Source: Candidatus Latescibacterota bacterium
Lineage (GTDB): Bacteria; Latescibacterota; UBA2968; UBA8231
Length of the DNA stretch: 64,000 nt
NCBI GenBank assembly: GCA_965203175.1
Contig: OZ241867.1
Span: 832,001-896,000 of the forward strand
Direction of reading: 5' to 3'
The translations under genes were made by a program, and so were the position numbers. Below the pieces are notes generated by a model. It made no database searches, was not told the DNA's origin, and saw nothing but the letters and a program-made list of their open reading frames with translations. Position 1 is the stretch's first letter, and each line of letters starts with the position of its first letter. Shown piece after piece: positions 1 to 9,475 of the stretch.

Positions 1-1
1 A

Positions 2-385
2 CAGAACAACGTCTCGATCTACAAGGGAGTCACGCTCGAAGACGAGGTCTTCTGCGGCCCATCAATGGTATTCACCAACGTCGTCAACCCCCGCTCCTTT
101 GTCGACCGCCGGCACGAGTTCCAAGAGACGCGGGTGCGCAAAGGGGCTTCGCTGGGAGCCAATTCGACCATCGTCTGCGGCGTCGAAATCGGCGAGTACG
201 CCCTCATTGGTGCCGGAGCGGTCGTAACCCGCGACGTGCCGGCCTATGCGCTGATAACCGGCGTACCTGGGCGACAGACGGGCTGGGCCTGCCGCTGCGG
301 TGTCACGCTGAGCAGTAACCTAGTCTGTGCGGAGTGCGGAGCGGGCTACGAGGAAGAAGCGGGGCGGCTGCGACCGCTGGGTTGA
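2..385 (+). CDS. Hexapeptide-repeat N-acetyltransferase (WbpD/WlbB-like), 5' truncated by the window edge
   Basis: Frame open from base 2 ([26 protein letters not shown]); hexapeptide repeats [13 protein letters not shown] and [11 protein letters not shown]; C-terminal CxC..CxxC. Confidence 0.85.
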   Translation, partial: QNNVSIYKGVTLEDEVFCGPSMVFTNVVNPRSFVDRRHEFQETRVRKGASLGANSTIVCGVEIGEYALIGAGAVVTRDVPAYALITGVPGRQTGWACRCGVTLSSNLVCAECGAGYEEEAGRLRPLG

Positions 386-391
386 GACCAC

Positions 392-1255
392 TCAATCCGT
401 CGGAAACGACAGCGGAATAGTCGGCTCCTGGTCCTGATGACGAGTGCGCGACTCGATCTTCATCGCGTGGTATTCCTCGACAAATTCGGCCAAGTTTCGG
501 CTCGCCTCCTCAAAGACGATTTTGCCCTTTTCGGCCGTGGCCTTCTCCGCCTCGCCCATCACCCCGGTATCCGAATACTGACTCGTCCACTCGATCAAGC
601 CCATCGGCCCGTGTGAAAACAAATCGGTGTACAAGAACTTGGAGCCGAGCTTGTTCGTCTTGGCGATTTCGCTCTTGATCTTGTCCTGGCGCACGCTCTC
701 CGGCGCCAGATACAGCAGCATTGAAGTCTCCAACTCGCACGCGTGTGAGCAGCCGCCCGGGAACACGCTCTCGCGCCACTCTTTGTCGAAGTCGGGATGG
801 ACTCTGAGCAAATGCCACCACGAGCAAAACGTGCAGCTCGCGTCGGTCTCCACTATCGTGCGCCGCGCGACCATGTCCACGAGGTTGTGGTTGGACCCGT
901 GGCCATTGACGAGGATCATCTTCTTGAAGCCGTGATAGGCCAAGCTCTTGGTGATGTCGAGCACGTATTGGATGAAGTGCTCGTAGTGAATGTTGAGCGA
1001 ACCCGGAAAGTCCATTACGTGATGGACATAGCCGTAGCTCACCGGCGGCAGGACCAGGGCGAGCTCGGGCTTTAGGCGCGCGGCTTCCGTCGCCACCGCA
1101 TTGGCACACAGGTGATCCACCTTGAGCGGGAGGTGGTGGCCGTGTTGTTCAACCGAGCCAGTGGGTATGATGGGAATTTTGCCCATGGCCACAGCTTGGT
1201 TGACTTCGGGCCAAGTAAGCTCGTCGAACTTGTAAATTTCAGCTACGTCAGGCAT
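392..1255 (-). CDS. Creatininase family amidohydrolase
   Basis: GSVEQHGHHLP, D, NGHGSN and HACELETS motifs; AAAGGAG RBS favours the ATG at 1255 over 1282. Confidence 0.9.
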   Translation of the reverse strand: MPDVAEIYKFDELTWPEVNQAVAMGKIPIIPTGSVEQHGHHLPLKVDHLCANAVATEAARLKPELALVLPPVSYGYVHHVMDFPGSLNIHYEHFIQYVLDITKSLAYHGFKKMILVNGHGSNHNLVDMVARRTIVETDASCTFCSWWHLLRVHPDFDKEWRESVFPGGCSHACELETSMLLYLAPESVRQDKIKSEIAKTNKLGSKFLYTDLFSHGPMGLIEWTSQYSDTGVMGEAEKATAEKGKIVFEEASRNLAEFVEEYHAMKIESRTRHQDQEPTIPLSFPTD

Positions 1256-1278
1256 GGGATCTCCTTTGATATGTTTGC

Positions 1279-1914
1279 TCAAGGCAAGCCGAGCGTCTTG
1301 TGGATGCGAGTGGAGAGGCGCCAGCGCGGATGGCGCTTGAGGATCTCAAGGGCCTTCTGCACGTAGCGCGGCTCAGAGGATTCGGGCTGCAAATAGACGT
1401 AGTCGGCGCGGTGCTCCTCAACGCGCTCCTCGCGAAAAGCCCTGCCGACGACGTATTTGAGCTCGGTAATGCGCGCAAAACCAGCGACGACCGGGTAGCA
1501 CTTCGGCGACACAGTCCAGTGGTCAATCCGCTCAAATAGCACCGGATCGGGCACAATAGTACCGTTGGTCTCAATGTGGAGCTTGTAGCCCGCTTCCTTG
1601 AGCCGGCCAGCCAGCGCCACGAGATTTTGGCCCAGAGGCTCGCCGCCGGTCAAGCACACCCATTCGGCCGGGTGGCGCGCCACCTCCGCAGCAATGTCCT
1701 CGATGTTCATGGGCGTGAAGCGGTCGAACTCCGTGTCGCAGAACGGGCAGCGCAAATTGCAGCGCGCCAAGCGCACAAAAGTGGTAGGTTCGCCGACGCG
1801 CAGGCCCTCGCCCTCAATCGAGTAGAATATCTCGTTGATCTGCAGGACGCGCCCCGAGTCGTTCCACACCGGCAGGCGCTCGGCGCGCTCTTCGGCTGGC
1901 ATCTGGGCGGTCAC
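1279..1914 (-). CDS. queE: 7-carboxy-7-deazaguanine synthase (radical SAM)
   Basis: EIFYSIEGEG, CNLRCPFCDT, TGGEP, IETNG, VSPK; adjacent to queC. Confidence 0.92.
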   Translation of the reverse strand: MTAQMPAEERAERLPVWNDSGRVLQINEIFYSIEGEGLRVGEPTTFVRLARCNLRCPFCDTEFDRFTPMNIEDIAAEVARHPAEWVCLTGGEPLGQNLVALAGRLKEAGYKLHIETNGTIVPDPVLFERIDHWTVSPKCYPVVAGFARITELKYVVGRAFREERVEEHRADYVYLQPESSEPRYVQKALEILKRHPRWRLSTRIHKTLGLP

Positions 1915-2579
1915 GGCGTCTGCTCACCAGCGGCATACGCCAGAGGGTCACAGGCTCGGTTCTCCGCAAAGGCCGCGAGCCGCTCGCAGCAGGCGTCGCA
2001 CACGCCACAGGCCGGCCGCAAGCCCTCATAGCAGGTGTGGGTCTCGTCGTAGGGAACGCCGAGTTTGAGCCCGAGGGCCACGATGTCCCGCTTCCACAGC
2101 TTGACGAAGGGGGTGTGGATCGCCCAAGGCGCGTCGCGGGCAGCCCCCAAGCGCAAGCTCTGCGCAAGGCTGTCGTAAAAGGGGCGACGGCAGTCTCGGT
2201 AGGCCGCGTAGTCGTCTTTGACCGGTGCCATATACAGATCGACAATGCCCTTGGTTGCGCAATATGCCGCCGCCAGCGTCGCAAAGAGCATGTTGCGGAA
2301 GGGAACCACGGTGTCGCGTTGGCGTTTAGATTCAGCGGTGGGCACGTCCACCGTGGGATCGGTCAGCGGGTTGCCCCCTAGAGCCGTCAAGTCCAACGCC
2401 AGCGTCTCGTGAGCCGCGACCTCGGCGAGGCGGGCGAGGCGGGCGGCGCATTCCAACTCGACGCGGTGGCGCTGGCCGTAGTCAATGCTAATGGCGTAGA
2501 TGGGGCCTTGTTGCCGCGCTTTTAGCCACCAAAGCAAGGTGGTCGAGTCCATCCCGCCGCTGAGTAAAATGGCCGTCAT
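1911..2579 (-). CDS. queC: 7-cyano-7-deazaguanine synthase
   Basis: SGGMDS PP-loop, YGQRH, VPFRN, YxDCR, TCY and CGVCDAC zinc site; likely start MTAILLSGG. Confidence 0.93.
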   Translation of the reverse strand: MTAILLSGGMDSTTLLWWLKARQQGPIYAISIDYGQRHRVELECAARLARLAEVAAHETLALDLTALGGNPLTDPTVDVPTAESKRQRDTVVPFRNMLFATLAAAYCATKGIVDLYMAPVKDDYAAYRDCRRPFYDSLAQSLRLGAARDAPWAIHTPFVKLWKRDIVALGLKLGVPYDETHTCYEGLRPACGVCDACCERLAAFAENRACDPLAYAAGEQTP

Positions 2580-2704
2580 AAAGCATAAAATAGGCCACCG
2601 CGCAAAAAACGTAAGCCTTGCGCGCGGGCGCATCCTCTGTATTGACAGTATTTTGACTCAGTTGGATATTCAAAAAATGTCAATTTATATAAGGTATTCA
2701 CGCT

Positions 2705-3370
2705 ATGAGTGATACGCCTCCGCGCAAAAGCCCTACTCGGCTACAGCGGCTTCGGCGCACGATAATGGCCGGCCTGACGATCATTGTGCCCCTGTGGCTT
2801 ACTGGCTGGGTGCTCAAGTTCCTGTTCGACTGGGCCGACGGTTTCTCCGCGCCGTTGATTCGCCAACTGGCGAGGCCGTTCGTCGACGATCCCGACTTCC
2901 ACATCCCCGGCTTGGGCTTTGTGCTGACCTTTATCATTCTATGGGTCGTCGGCGCGCTCGCCACCAACGTGGTTGGCCGCAGCCTGTGGCAATTCGCGCG
3001 CGAAGCACTAGAGGGCCTGCCGTTGGTGCGCACGATCTACGCACCCATACAGCAACTCGTGGAGTCGCTCACCTCCCCGGGCAAGGCTGGCTTCGAGAAA
3101 GTCGTACTCGTCGAGTACCCGCGCATCGGGATGTGGACTTTGGGCTTTTTGGCCGGGAACGTCCCCCGCGAGGACGAAGCAGCGCCGGCGCACAGCATCT
3201 TCGTGCCCACCGCGCCCAATCCCACCACCGGCTTCATGCTCATCGTGCCGCCCGAACAATTGCGCCCCACCGATCTCCGCGTTGAAGAGGCCCTAAAAAT
3301 GATCGTTTCGGCTGGCGTCGCTGTGCCTCCGGCCCTCTTCCTTCACGCCGAAGCTGAAGAGAAGGTATGA
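2705..3370 (+). CDS. DUF502 family membrane protein
   Basis: Two N-terminal TM helices; VLVEYPR and FVPTAPNPTTGF signatures. Confidence 0.9.
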   Translation: MSDTPPRKSPTRLQRLRRTIMAGLTIIVPLWLTGWVLKFLFDWADGFSAPLIRQLARPFVDDPDFHIPGLGFVLTFIILWVVGALATNVVGRSLWQFAREALEGLPLVRTIYAPIQQLVESLTSPGKAGFEKVVLVEYPRIGMWTLGFLAGNVPREDEAAPAHSIFVPTAPNPTTGFMLIVPPEQLRPTDLRVEEALKMIVSAGVAVPPALFLHAEAEEKV

Positions 3371-3472
3371 GCCCTTTTCTTGCGATTTTCGGGTGCTTTC
3401 GTTATTCTGCTAGAAACTTAGGGCGTCCCTTTCGCGTCCCAATAGAAGCCCTTCGCATACTGAGGAGATGAT

Positions 3473-4150
3473 GTGATGTTTTCGTTTCTTTTCAATCCGT
3501 TTTTCATTATACCGATGATCTTGGTCGCCTGGGCCCAGATGCGGGTCCGCAGCGCCTTCAAGAAGTACAGCCAAGTGGCTTCGGCCGCACAGCTTTCGGG
3601 CGCTGAGACCGCGCGGCGCATCCTGCACCAGCAACGCATCTACGACGTGTCGGTCGAGGAGACGGGCGGGATGCTTTCCGATCACTACGATCCGCGCGCC
3701 AAAGCCGTGCGCCTCTCTTCGGACAACTTCCACGGACACCATCTAGCCGGCTTGGCCGTGGCAGCGCACGAGGTCGGCCACGCGATCCAACACGCCCACG
3801 GCTACATGCCGCTCAACTTTCGGCACGCGATCCTACCCGTCGCCAACTTGGGCTCGTCTCTGTGCTTTCCCCTGATTATAGCGGGGGTGTTCTTCCAAGC
3901 CACCGGCCTGATGACTATCGGCATCATGTTCTTCGCCGGCGCAGTGCTGTTCCAACTCGTCACCCTGCCGGTGGAGTTCAACGCCAGTTCGCGGGCCATG
4001 GCCATCCTCTCGCAGGGCTACCTAGCCAACGACGAGGTGCGCTCGGCCCGGAGAGTGCTCAATGCCGCGGCCATGACCTATGTGGCAGCAGCCGCGACCG
4101 CCGTGCTACAGCTAGTGGGTTTTTTGCTCATGCGCGGTTCAGACGAATAA
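3473..4150 (+). CDS. Putative neutral zinc metallopeptidase (Zn_peptidase_2, YugP-like)
   Basis: LSDHYDP, AAHEVGHAIQH, TLPVEFNAS, VLNAAAMTYVA. Confidence 0.92.
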   Translation: MMFSFLFNPFFIIPMILVAWAQMRVRSAFKKYSQVASAAQLSGAETARRILHQQRIYDVSVEETGGMLSDHYDPRAKAVRLSSDNFHGHHLAGLAVAAHEVGHAIQHAHGYMPLNFRHAILPVANLGSSLCFPLIIAGVFFQATGLMTIGIMFFAGAVLFQLVTLPVEFNASSRAMAILSQGYLANDEVRSARRVLNAAAMTYVAAAATAVLQLVGFLLMRGSDE

Positions 4151-4174
4151 CAGCAGATGCGGCAAGAAGCTCCG

Positions 4175-4207
4175 AGGCCCCTCGCCCTTGCGGGCAGGGG
4201 CCTTTTG
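4175..4207 (+). terminator. Rho-independent terminator
   Basis: GC-rich stem AGGCCCCT..AGGGGCCT followed by a T-run just after the peptidase stop. Confidence 0.75.
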
Positions 4208-4337
4208 TTTATGGGCTAGCAACTGCGTTTCGCTATATTATGTTTCTATTGTCGTCTATAAAAGAGGACTATTTCCCCTCCCTTATGGTGTTATATATGG
4301 CACACGCCTTCCATCCTACCCACAGGAGAGTGCGAGC

Positions 4338-5168
4338 ATGATTTTGCTCTTATGTGCATTGCTCGTCAGCGCGGCGAGCGTTAGTGCCGATGTGTATTTC
4401 GAGGAAGAGGTCGTCAATCGAGGCTTTGGCAGAGACAAAACTGGAGCGCGCAAAACGACCAACAAAATCTACATCAAGGGCAAAAGCCAGCGGGTCGAGC
4501 AGCAAATTGAGGTCGACGCGAAAATGGCAAAGGCCCTCCGACGGCAGGGCCAGTCCCTCAATACCAGCACCATTTTGCGGCTAGACCAAGCACAGGTGTA
4601 CGAAATCGACCTGACGGCACAGACCTTCGTCCAGCAGAAGGCTCCTCCGGCGCGCAAGGCCGTTGCCAAGCCGGAAGCCGTTCCCGGCGGGCCGCAGAGA
4701 GCCCTTGCGGTTAAGGTGCCGGGAGACACAGAGCGCATCGCTGGAATTCCCTGTCGGCGGGTCGTCGCACAGATGCGCGCCCGCTACCTCGACCCCAAAA
4801 CCCAAGAGATCCGCCGCGAAAACCGCTATACGTACGATGCCTGCATTGCCAAGGATTTCCCCGGCTTTCAGGAGATCACAGCGTTTATGGCCTTGCAGGA
4901 CGCCAGCACGTCCTATCCGTCGCTAATCGCCGGAGGGCTGGAAGGGTTGGACGACCACGAAGCTCTAAGCGAGGAGCTAGAAAACGCCGAGGAACTCAAA
5001 GGCTTCGCCCTGCGCTCGACCTTGACGGCCTCAGTCAAGCTCCCCGGAAAAGAGAAGCCCAGCCAAGTATTCCGCTTAGACCGCAAGATCAAGACCATGG
5101 CGTACGCGCCGTTACCCGACTCGCTCTTCCACGTGTCTAAGGCCCTGACCCGCCTCGAATCCGAATGA
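4338..5168 (+). CDS. Secreted hypothetical protein (DUF4412-like)
   Basis: AGGAG RBS; signal peptide MILLLCALLVSAASVSA; TERIAGIPC and LPDSLF motifs; overlaps the tamB start. Confidence 0.6.
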   Translation: MILLLCALLVSAASVSADVYFEEEVVNRGFGRDKTGARKTTNKIYIKGKSQRVEQQIEVDAKMAKALRRQGQSLNTSTILRLDQAQVYEIDLTAQTFVQQKAPPARKAVAKPEAVPGGPQRALAVKVPGDTERIAGIPCRRVVAQMRARYLDPKTQEIRRENRYTYDACIAKDFPGFQEITAFMALQDASTSYPSLIAGGLEGLDDHEALSEELENAEELKGFALRSTLTASVKLPGKEKPSQVFRLDRKIKTMAYAPLPDSLFHVSKALTRLESE

Positions 5169-8100
5169 AGAGGAAGCTGCTCTGGGCGGTGGCCGTTTTG
5201 GGTGCCGTCCTCGTCCTCGTCGCGGTCACGCCCATAGGGCCTGCCGCACTTGCGCACCTGCTAGAGCGCGGAGTTGGGGGATGGCAGGTTTCCATCGGCA
5301 GTCGTAGGGGGGGCTTGCTCTACGCGTTTTCCTTTTCCGACGTGTACTGCAAAAACCCCGCGCTAGGGGTGACCGTCAATGCCGAGTACATCGCCGCGTG
5401 GCCGTGGTCTTGGGAAGCCGACATACAGGCACCCAAGGTGCGGATTGAGCCAGGCACCGGGGCCGATTCAACTTCCGCAGCCACGGACATCGAGCTACCC
5501 CTTGCCTTCTTCCCCAATCTCAACGCGAAAGCCGGTGCGCTCGACTGGCAGTTGGGCGAAACGCGGATCGTGGCGCGGGACTGGCACGGCGCATATCGCG
5601 CAGTAGCAGACACCTCGGCGCACTTAGAGCTAACCTTGTCCGAATTGCAGGGCGTACCGCTGCGCTCACTAACGCTAGATCTAGCGCTCAGTCCGCACCG
5701 CATTGACCGCGGAGAGATACGGGCCGTGGGTGCTAGCGATAGCATAAGAACCGACCTGCACGCCTCGTTTGCCTTGGGGCTGAAGTTGCCGCGGCCTTTG
5801 CAGGTGGACGCCACGGCGACGGTGGTGACCGATTCCGCGCGGGGTTCCCTAGCAGCGGAGGTAGACGGGGCATTGACACCCCTGCAACTGCGCGGGACGC
5901 TCAGAGGGAAGGGAAGCGCACCGACGATCTCCGCAGTGGATCTGCGAGGGGACATGCGCGCCAACAGCACGCGCATAGTAGTGGATTCTCTGCTCGTCTC
6001 TTTGTTCGACGGCACCCTGACGGGCGAGGTGACTTATTTTTCCACTCGCGACAGCTTGCATACCCAACTACGGGGCGAGGGATTTGACCTCGCGCTCGCG
6101 GCTCCCTTTGCCGGACGGGCGGAATTCGATCTAGCGGCTGGGGTGCATTTGCAGCACTGGCGCTATGCAGCGGACTTTGCCGCCCTCCTGCGCGATGTAG
6201 AACTAATTTCCGATCAGCGGTTCGACGCCGAGATAACGGGTTGGCATCGGCCCGATGGGGCGACTCGTATCGACCTGCAATCGCCCGTACTAGATTTAGT
6301 AGCCACCGGCTCTTCCAGCTTAGCGGGGGATTACGACCTCGCGCTAAAGGGCGCGTTGCAGGCGGCGTCCTTTTTGCGCGGCGCAGCGCCCATAACCCTC
6401 GACGGGCGGGCCAAGCCTGATACTCTAGCGTTACAGCTAGCGACCAGCCATCTCCCCGGCGAATTGGGCGAGCAATTCGGTCCGCTCGCGGCCGATCTAC
6501 ACCTATTTGCCAATCGCTATCTCGCGGCCGACCTGCGCTTAGAGCGCGATCTCCTAGTAGCGCGGGCAGACATCGACCTAGCAAACAGCGAGATCGATAC
6601 GCTGGTGGCGGATGTGAATGGACTGGCAGTGGAGCGGGTCATGCCCGAGTTGGGCGGGCGGCTCGACGCGGATTTGCGCGGGGCGGGTGGGCTATCGCTC
6701 GACGCGTTGCAGCTGGACGGGCGCGCTGCGACCTCGTCGCTAGAGTACGCGGGGTGGCAGACCGGCGAGCTCGCGCTGAACGTGGGATGGGATCGAGGCA
6801 CCGCGCAGGTAGCCGGTGGCGGACCGGGCGTAAGCTTACGGGCGGAACTGGACGCGACCGGGTACTTAACGGCTCAAGCAGATTTTGCCGATACCTTGTT
6901 GCGGGGGGTAGGTGACGCAGTGGGAGCAATAGGCGCAGCGGGCGGTACGTTGCGGTGGGAGGGGCCGCTAGATGACCTAGATGTGGCCCAAGGGGGCCTC
7001 GCACTCAATTCGCTCTCGCTGCGGCTGGGGGAATGGACGCTGCAAAACTACGGTCCCCTCCAAGCCGACTATGGCGACGGGTACCTAAATCTCGCGGCGG
7101 TAAACCTGCAAACGCCAATCGGCCTAGTCGGCCTTTCGGGTTGGGTCGGCAGGGATTCGCTCTCCGTTGCAGCGGAATTATCCACTCTTGAGTTGTCCAA
7201 CCTCGCGTCCGACCTCAGCGCGACGGGCGGCGGGCATCTGCGGGTCAGCGGCCCCCTAGCAAAGCCAGAGGCACAGGGCGCGGTGACGCTGGCGGAGATG
7301 CACCTCGACACCCTCGCCCTCGGCAATGCTCGGCTGCGCCTCGCGCTGGAGGACTCGCTCGTGGCCGAGTTCAGTGCCGATGCCGGTGTGCGTCTCGCAC
7401 TCACCTGCCCAGCCGCACCGCTCTTCGAGCCGGGGGCAGCCCCCGCACAGCTCGCAATCGAGGCGAAGGCGGCCGACTTGGGCCCAGTGCTCAGCTATGC
7501 TTTGGGACGCTCGATGTACGGGCGGCTCGACCTCGACGGGCACTTAGAAGCGGCCTTCGAGGACTCCATGCCGAGCTGGCGGGACTTGGCCGGGTATATC
7601 GACGTGCGCGGCTTGGTCATCGAAAGCCAAGCCACAGCCGACTCGCTGCGGCTGGATCTCCTGTCCGGGGGACATTTCGCGTTCGGCGAGGGCCGCGTGG
7701 TCCTGGACTCCGTGGCGATTGGCTTGCAGCGCTACGACCGCGATCGTCGCGCCCTGCAACCGGCTGGCACTCTGCGGCTGGCGGGCCAACTAGTGGACAC
7801 CAAGCCCTCGCAGATTGAGTTGGCCCTCGAAAACGCGGACTTGGCTTTCTTCGGCGGCCCCAAGGGACTGGTCCAACTCGACGCCGAGGTCCGCGGCACG
7901 ACATCCGCTCCTCAAGTTACCGCCGATCTAGCCGTGGAAACCGCGGACTTGGGCAGGCTACGCGGCCAGCTCGTCGGCGACCGGGACGGCGGCGATTGGC
8001 ACTTGAACTGGACGACCTTACTCGACGACAGCCTCACCGTGATCGGTCGAGTGCCCTGGGATTTACAGGCCGGCACCCTCTCCTTAGACGAGAGCTGGCT

Positions 8101-9475
8101 CGAGGCGCGTTCTAACGGCATCGGACTCCTCTTCCTCGGAGACCTAATAGCCGAACTGGACCATCTCGACGGACGGATCAGCGCAGACCTCCGGGCCGAG
8201 GGCTTGGACACAACGCTCTCATTACAAGGCCAAATAGAGGTCAAAGATCTCGAATTTGCCCTCCTCGACTTAGAGCCGATCTACGCGCTGCCCGACGGGC
8301 ACTTGCAATTCAATGACCGGCAGGTCGAGCTAGTGGGTTTCTCCGTCGAGAAAGAACCTAAGCGGGGGTTTCGCAGCGCGTCGCTCACTGGGCAGTTCGA
8401 CCTAGCGCGGCTAGACGACCCTAGCTTTGACTTGCGGCTCCAAGCCGAGCGGATGACCTCCTACTACGAGGACGTTGGGCAGTCGTTTAAGGCGAACGAC
8501 ATCGACTTAGATTTGTCTTTCGCTGGCTCGCTCAGCGCGTCCAAGTTGGCAGGGCGCGTCCGCCTTGACCAGCCGAAGTCCGAGGCGAGCCTCGTAGTCC
8601 TCGCACTTCCCGTGCCACCGCCACCACCGGCGCTGCGCGACGATTTTTTAGAGAACATGGCCCTCGCTGTCGAGGTCGATATCCGCGGCCTCGCCCTCGA
8701 CAGCGAGCTAGCCGAGGTCGAGGCATCGGGCGCGGTTGAGGTCGGCGGCACCTTCTACAAGCCGCTCTTCCAAGGCGACATAACGATAGATGAAGGGCAG
8801 GTCTTCGTACTCAATGAGCAGTTTGACATCACACAGGGACGCGTCGTCTTCAACCGCCTAGCGCCGACTAAGTCCATCCTCGACGTAATGTACGATCCCC
8901 TCGAACTGAACCCCACACTCGATTTGCAGGCTCAGACCAAGGAAATCGAAGACATTAATGACGATAAGAAGTACGTTGCAACTTTGACGTTACGAGGGTC
9001 GGCTCAAAGAGTCGTGCCCCGGCTTTCTGCAAAACCAAGTGGGGGCGAAAGCGGGGACCCGTTAGGTCCTCAGGGTACCGTCAACCTGCTGGCCTTTCGC
9101 ATGGTCGACTTCGACTACGTTGGGGCCTTTGGCTCGACTTCTGAGGCCCTTAATACAGCCGCCACGGCCTTTGGCACGGTCGCCGGCCAACTCTTGAGCA
9201 AGCAAGTCGAAAAGGTGGGACTGAATGAATTCACGGTCCTGCCGTCGAGTGAGATCGACGGGGCCGAACCAGGGACCGCTCTGCGCGCGGGCAAGTACCT
9301 CGGTGGATTGCCCTTCCCCCTCTGGGTGCGCTACGAGGCCCTGCTAAAAGAGATGGCCTGGGGCGAGGTGCGAGTCGAGCACAAAATCAAATCCTTTCTG
9401 ACCATCGTCGGCTCGGCGCAAAGCAAGTACGATAGCTATGGGCTAGGCATTGGCCTGAAGCGAGAATTCCGATGA
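5165..9475 (+). CDS. tamB: Translocation/assembly module TamB-like protein
   Basis: 1436 aa; N-terminal anchor, long beta-taco repeats, DUF490-like C-terminus; coupled to an Omp85 gene. Confidence 0.8.
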   Translation: MKRKLLWAVAVLGAVLVLVAVTPIGPAALAHLLERGVGGWQVSIGSRRGGLLYAFSFSDVYCKNPALGVTVNAEYIAAWPWSWEADIQAPKVRIEPGTGADSTSAATDIELPLAFFPNLNAKAGALDWQLGETRIVARDWHGAYRAVADTSAHLELTLSELQGVPLRSLTLDLALSPHRIDRGEIRAVGASDSIRTDLHASFALGLKLPRPLQVDATATVVTDSARGSLAAEVDGALTPLQLRGTLRGKGSAPTISAVDLRGDMRANSTRIVVDSLLVSLFDGTLTGEVTYFSTRDSLHTQLRGEGFDLALAAPFAGRAEFDLAAGVHLQHWRYAADFAALLRDVELISDQRFDAEITGWHRPDGATRIDLQSPVLDLVATGSSSLAGDYDLALKGALQAASFLRGAAPITLDGRAKPDTLALQLATSHLPGELGEQFGPLAADLHLFANRYLAADLRLERDLLVARADIDLANSEIDTLVADVNGLAVERVMPELGGRLDADLRGAGGLSLDALQLDGRAATSSLEYAGWQTGELALNVGWDRGTAQVAGGGPGVSLRAELDATGYLTAQADFADTLLRGVGDAVGAIGAAGGTLRWEGPLDDLDVAQGGLALNSLSLRLGEWTLQNYGPLQADYGDGYLNLAAVNLQTPIGLVGLSGWVGRDSLSVAAELSTLELSNLASDLSATGGGHLRVSGPLAKPEAQGAVTLAEMHLDTLALGNARLRLALEDSLVAEFSADAGVRLALTCPAAPLFEPGAAPAQLAIEAKAADLGPVLSYALGRSMYGRLDLDGHLEAAFEDSMPSWRDLAGYIDVRGLVIESQATADSLRLDLLSGGHFAFGEGRVVLDSVAIGLQRYDRDRRALQPAGTLRLAGQLVDTKPSQIELALENADLAFFGGPKGLVQLDAEVRGTTSAPQVTADLAVETADLGRLRGQLVGDRDGGDWHLNWTTLLDDSLTVIGRVPWDLQAGTLSLDESWLEARSNGIGLLFLGDLIAELDHLDGRISADLRAEGLDTTLSLQGQIEVKDLEFALLDLEPIYALPDGHLQFNDRQVELVGFSVEKEPKRGFRSASLTGQFDLARLDDPSFDLRLQAERMTSYYEDVGQSFKANDIDLDLSFAGSLSASKLAGRVRLDQPKSEASLVVLALPVPPPPPALRDDFLENMALAVEVDIRGLALDSELAEVEASGAVEVGGTFYKPLFQGDITIDEGQVFVLNEQFDITQGRVVFNRLAPTKSILDVMYDPLELNPTLDLQAQTKEIEDINDDKKYVATLTLRGSAQRVVPRLSAKPSGGESGDPLGPQGTVNLLAFRMVDFDYVGAFGSTSEALNTAATAFGTVAGQLLSKQVEKVGLNEFTVLPSSEIDGAEPGTALRAGKYLGGLPFPLWVRYEALLKEMAWGEVRVEHKIKSFLTIVGSAQSKYDSYGLGIGLKREFR

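Noticed and set aside
2580-2704. Possible preQ1 riboswitch upstream of queC
   Set aside because: No recognisable preQ1 stem-loop with A-rich tail; only an AT-rich divergent promoter region with opposed TTGACA boxes
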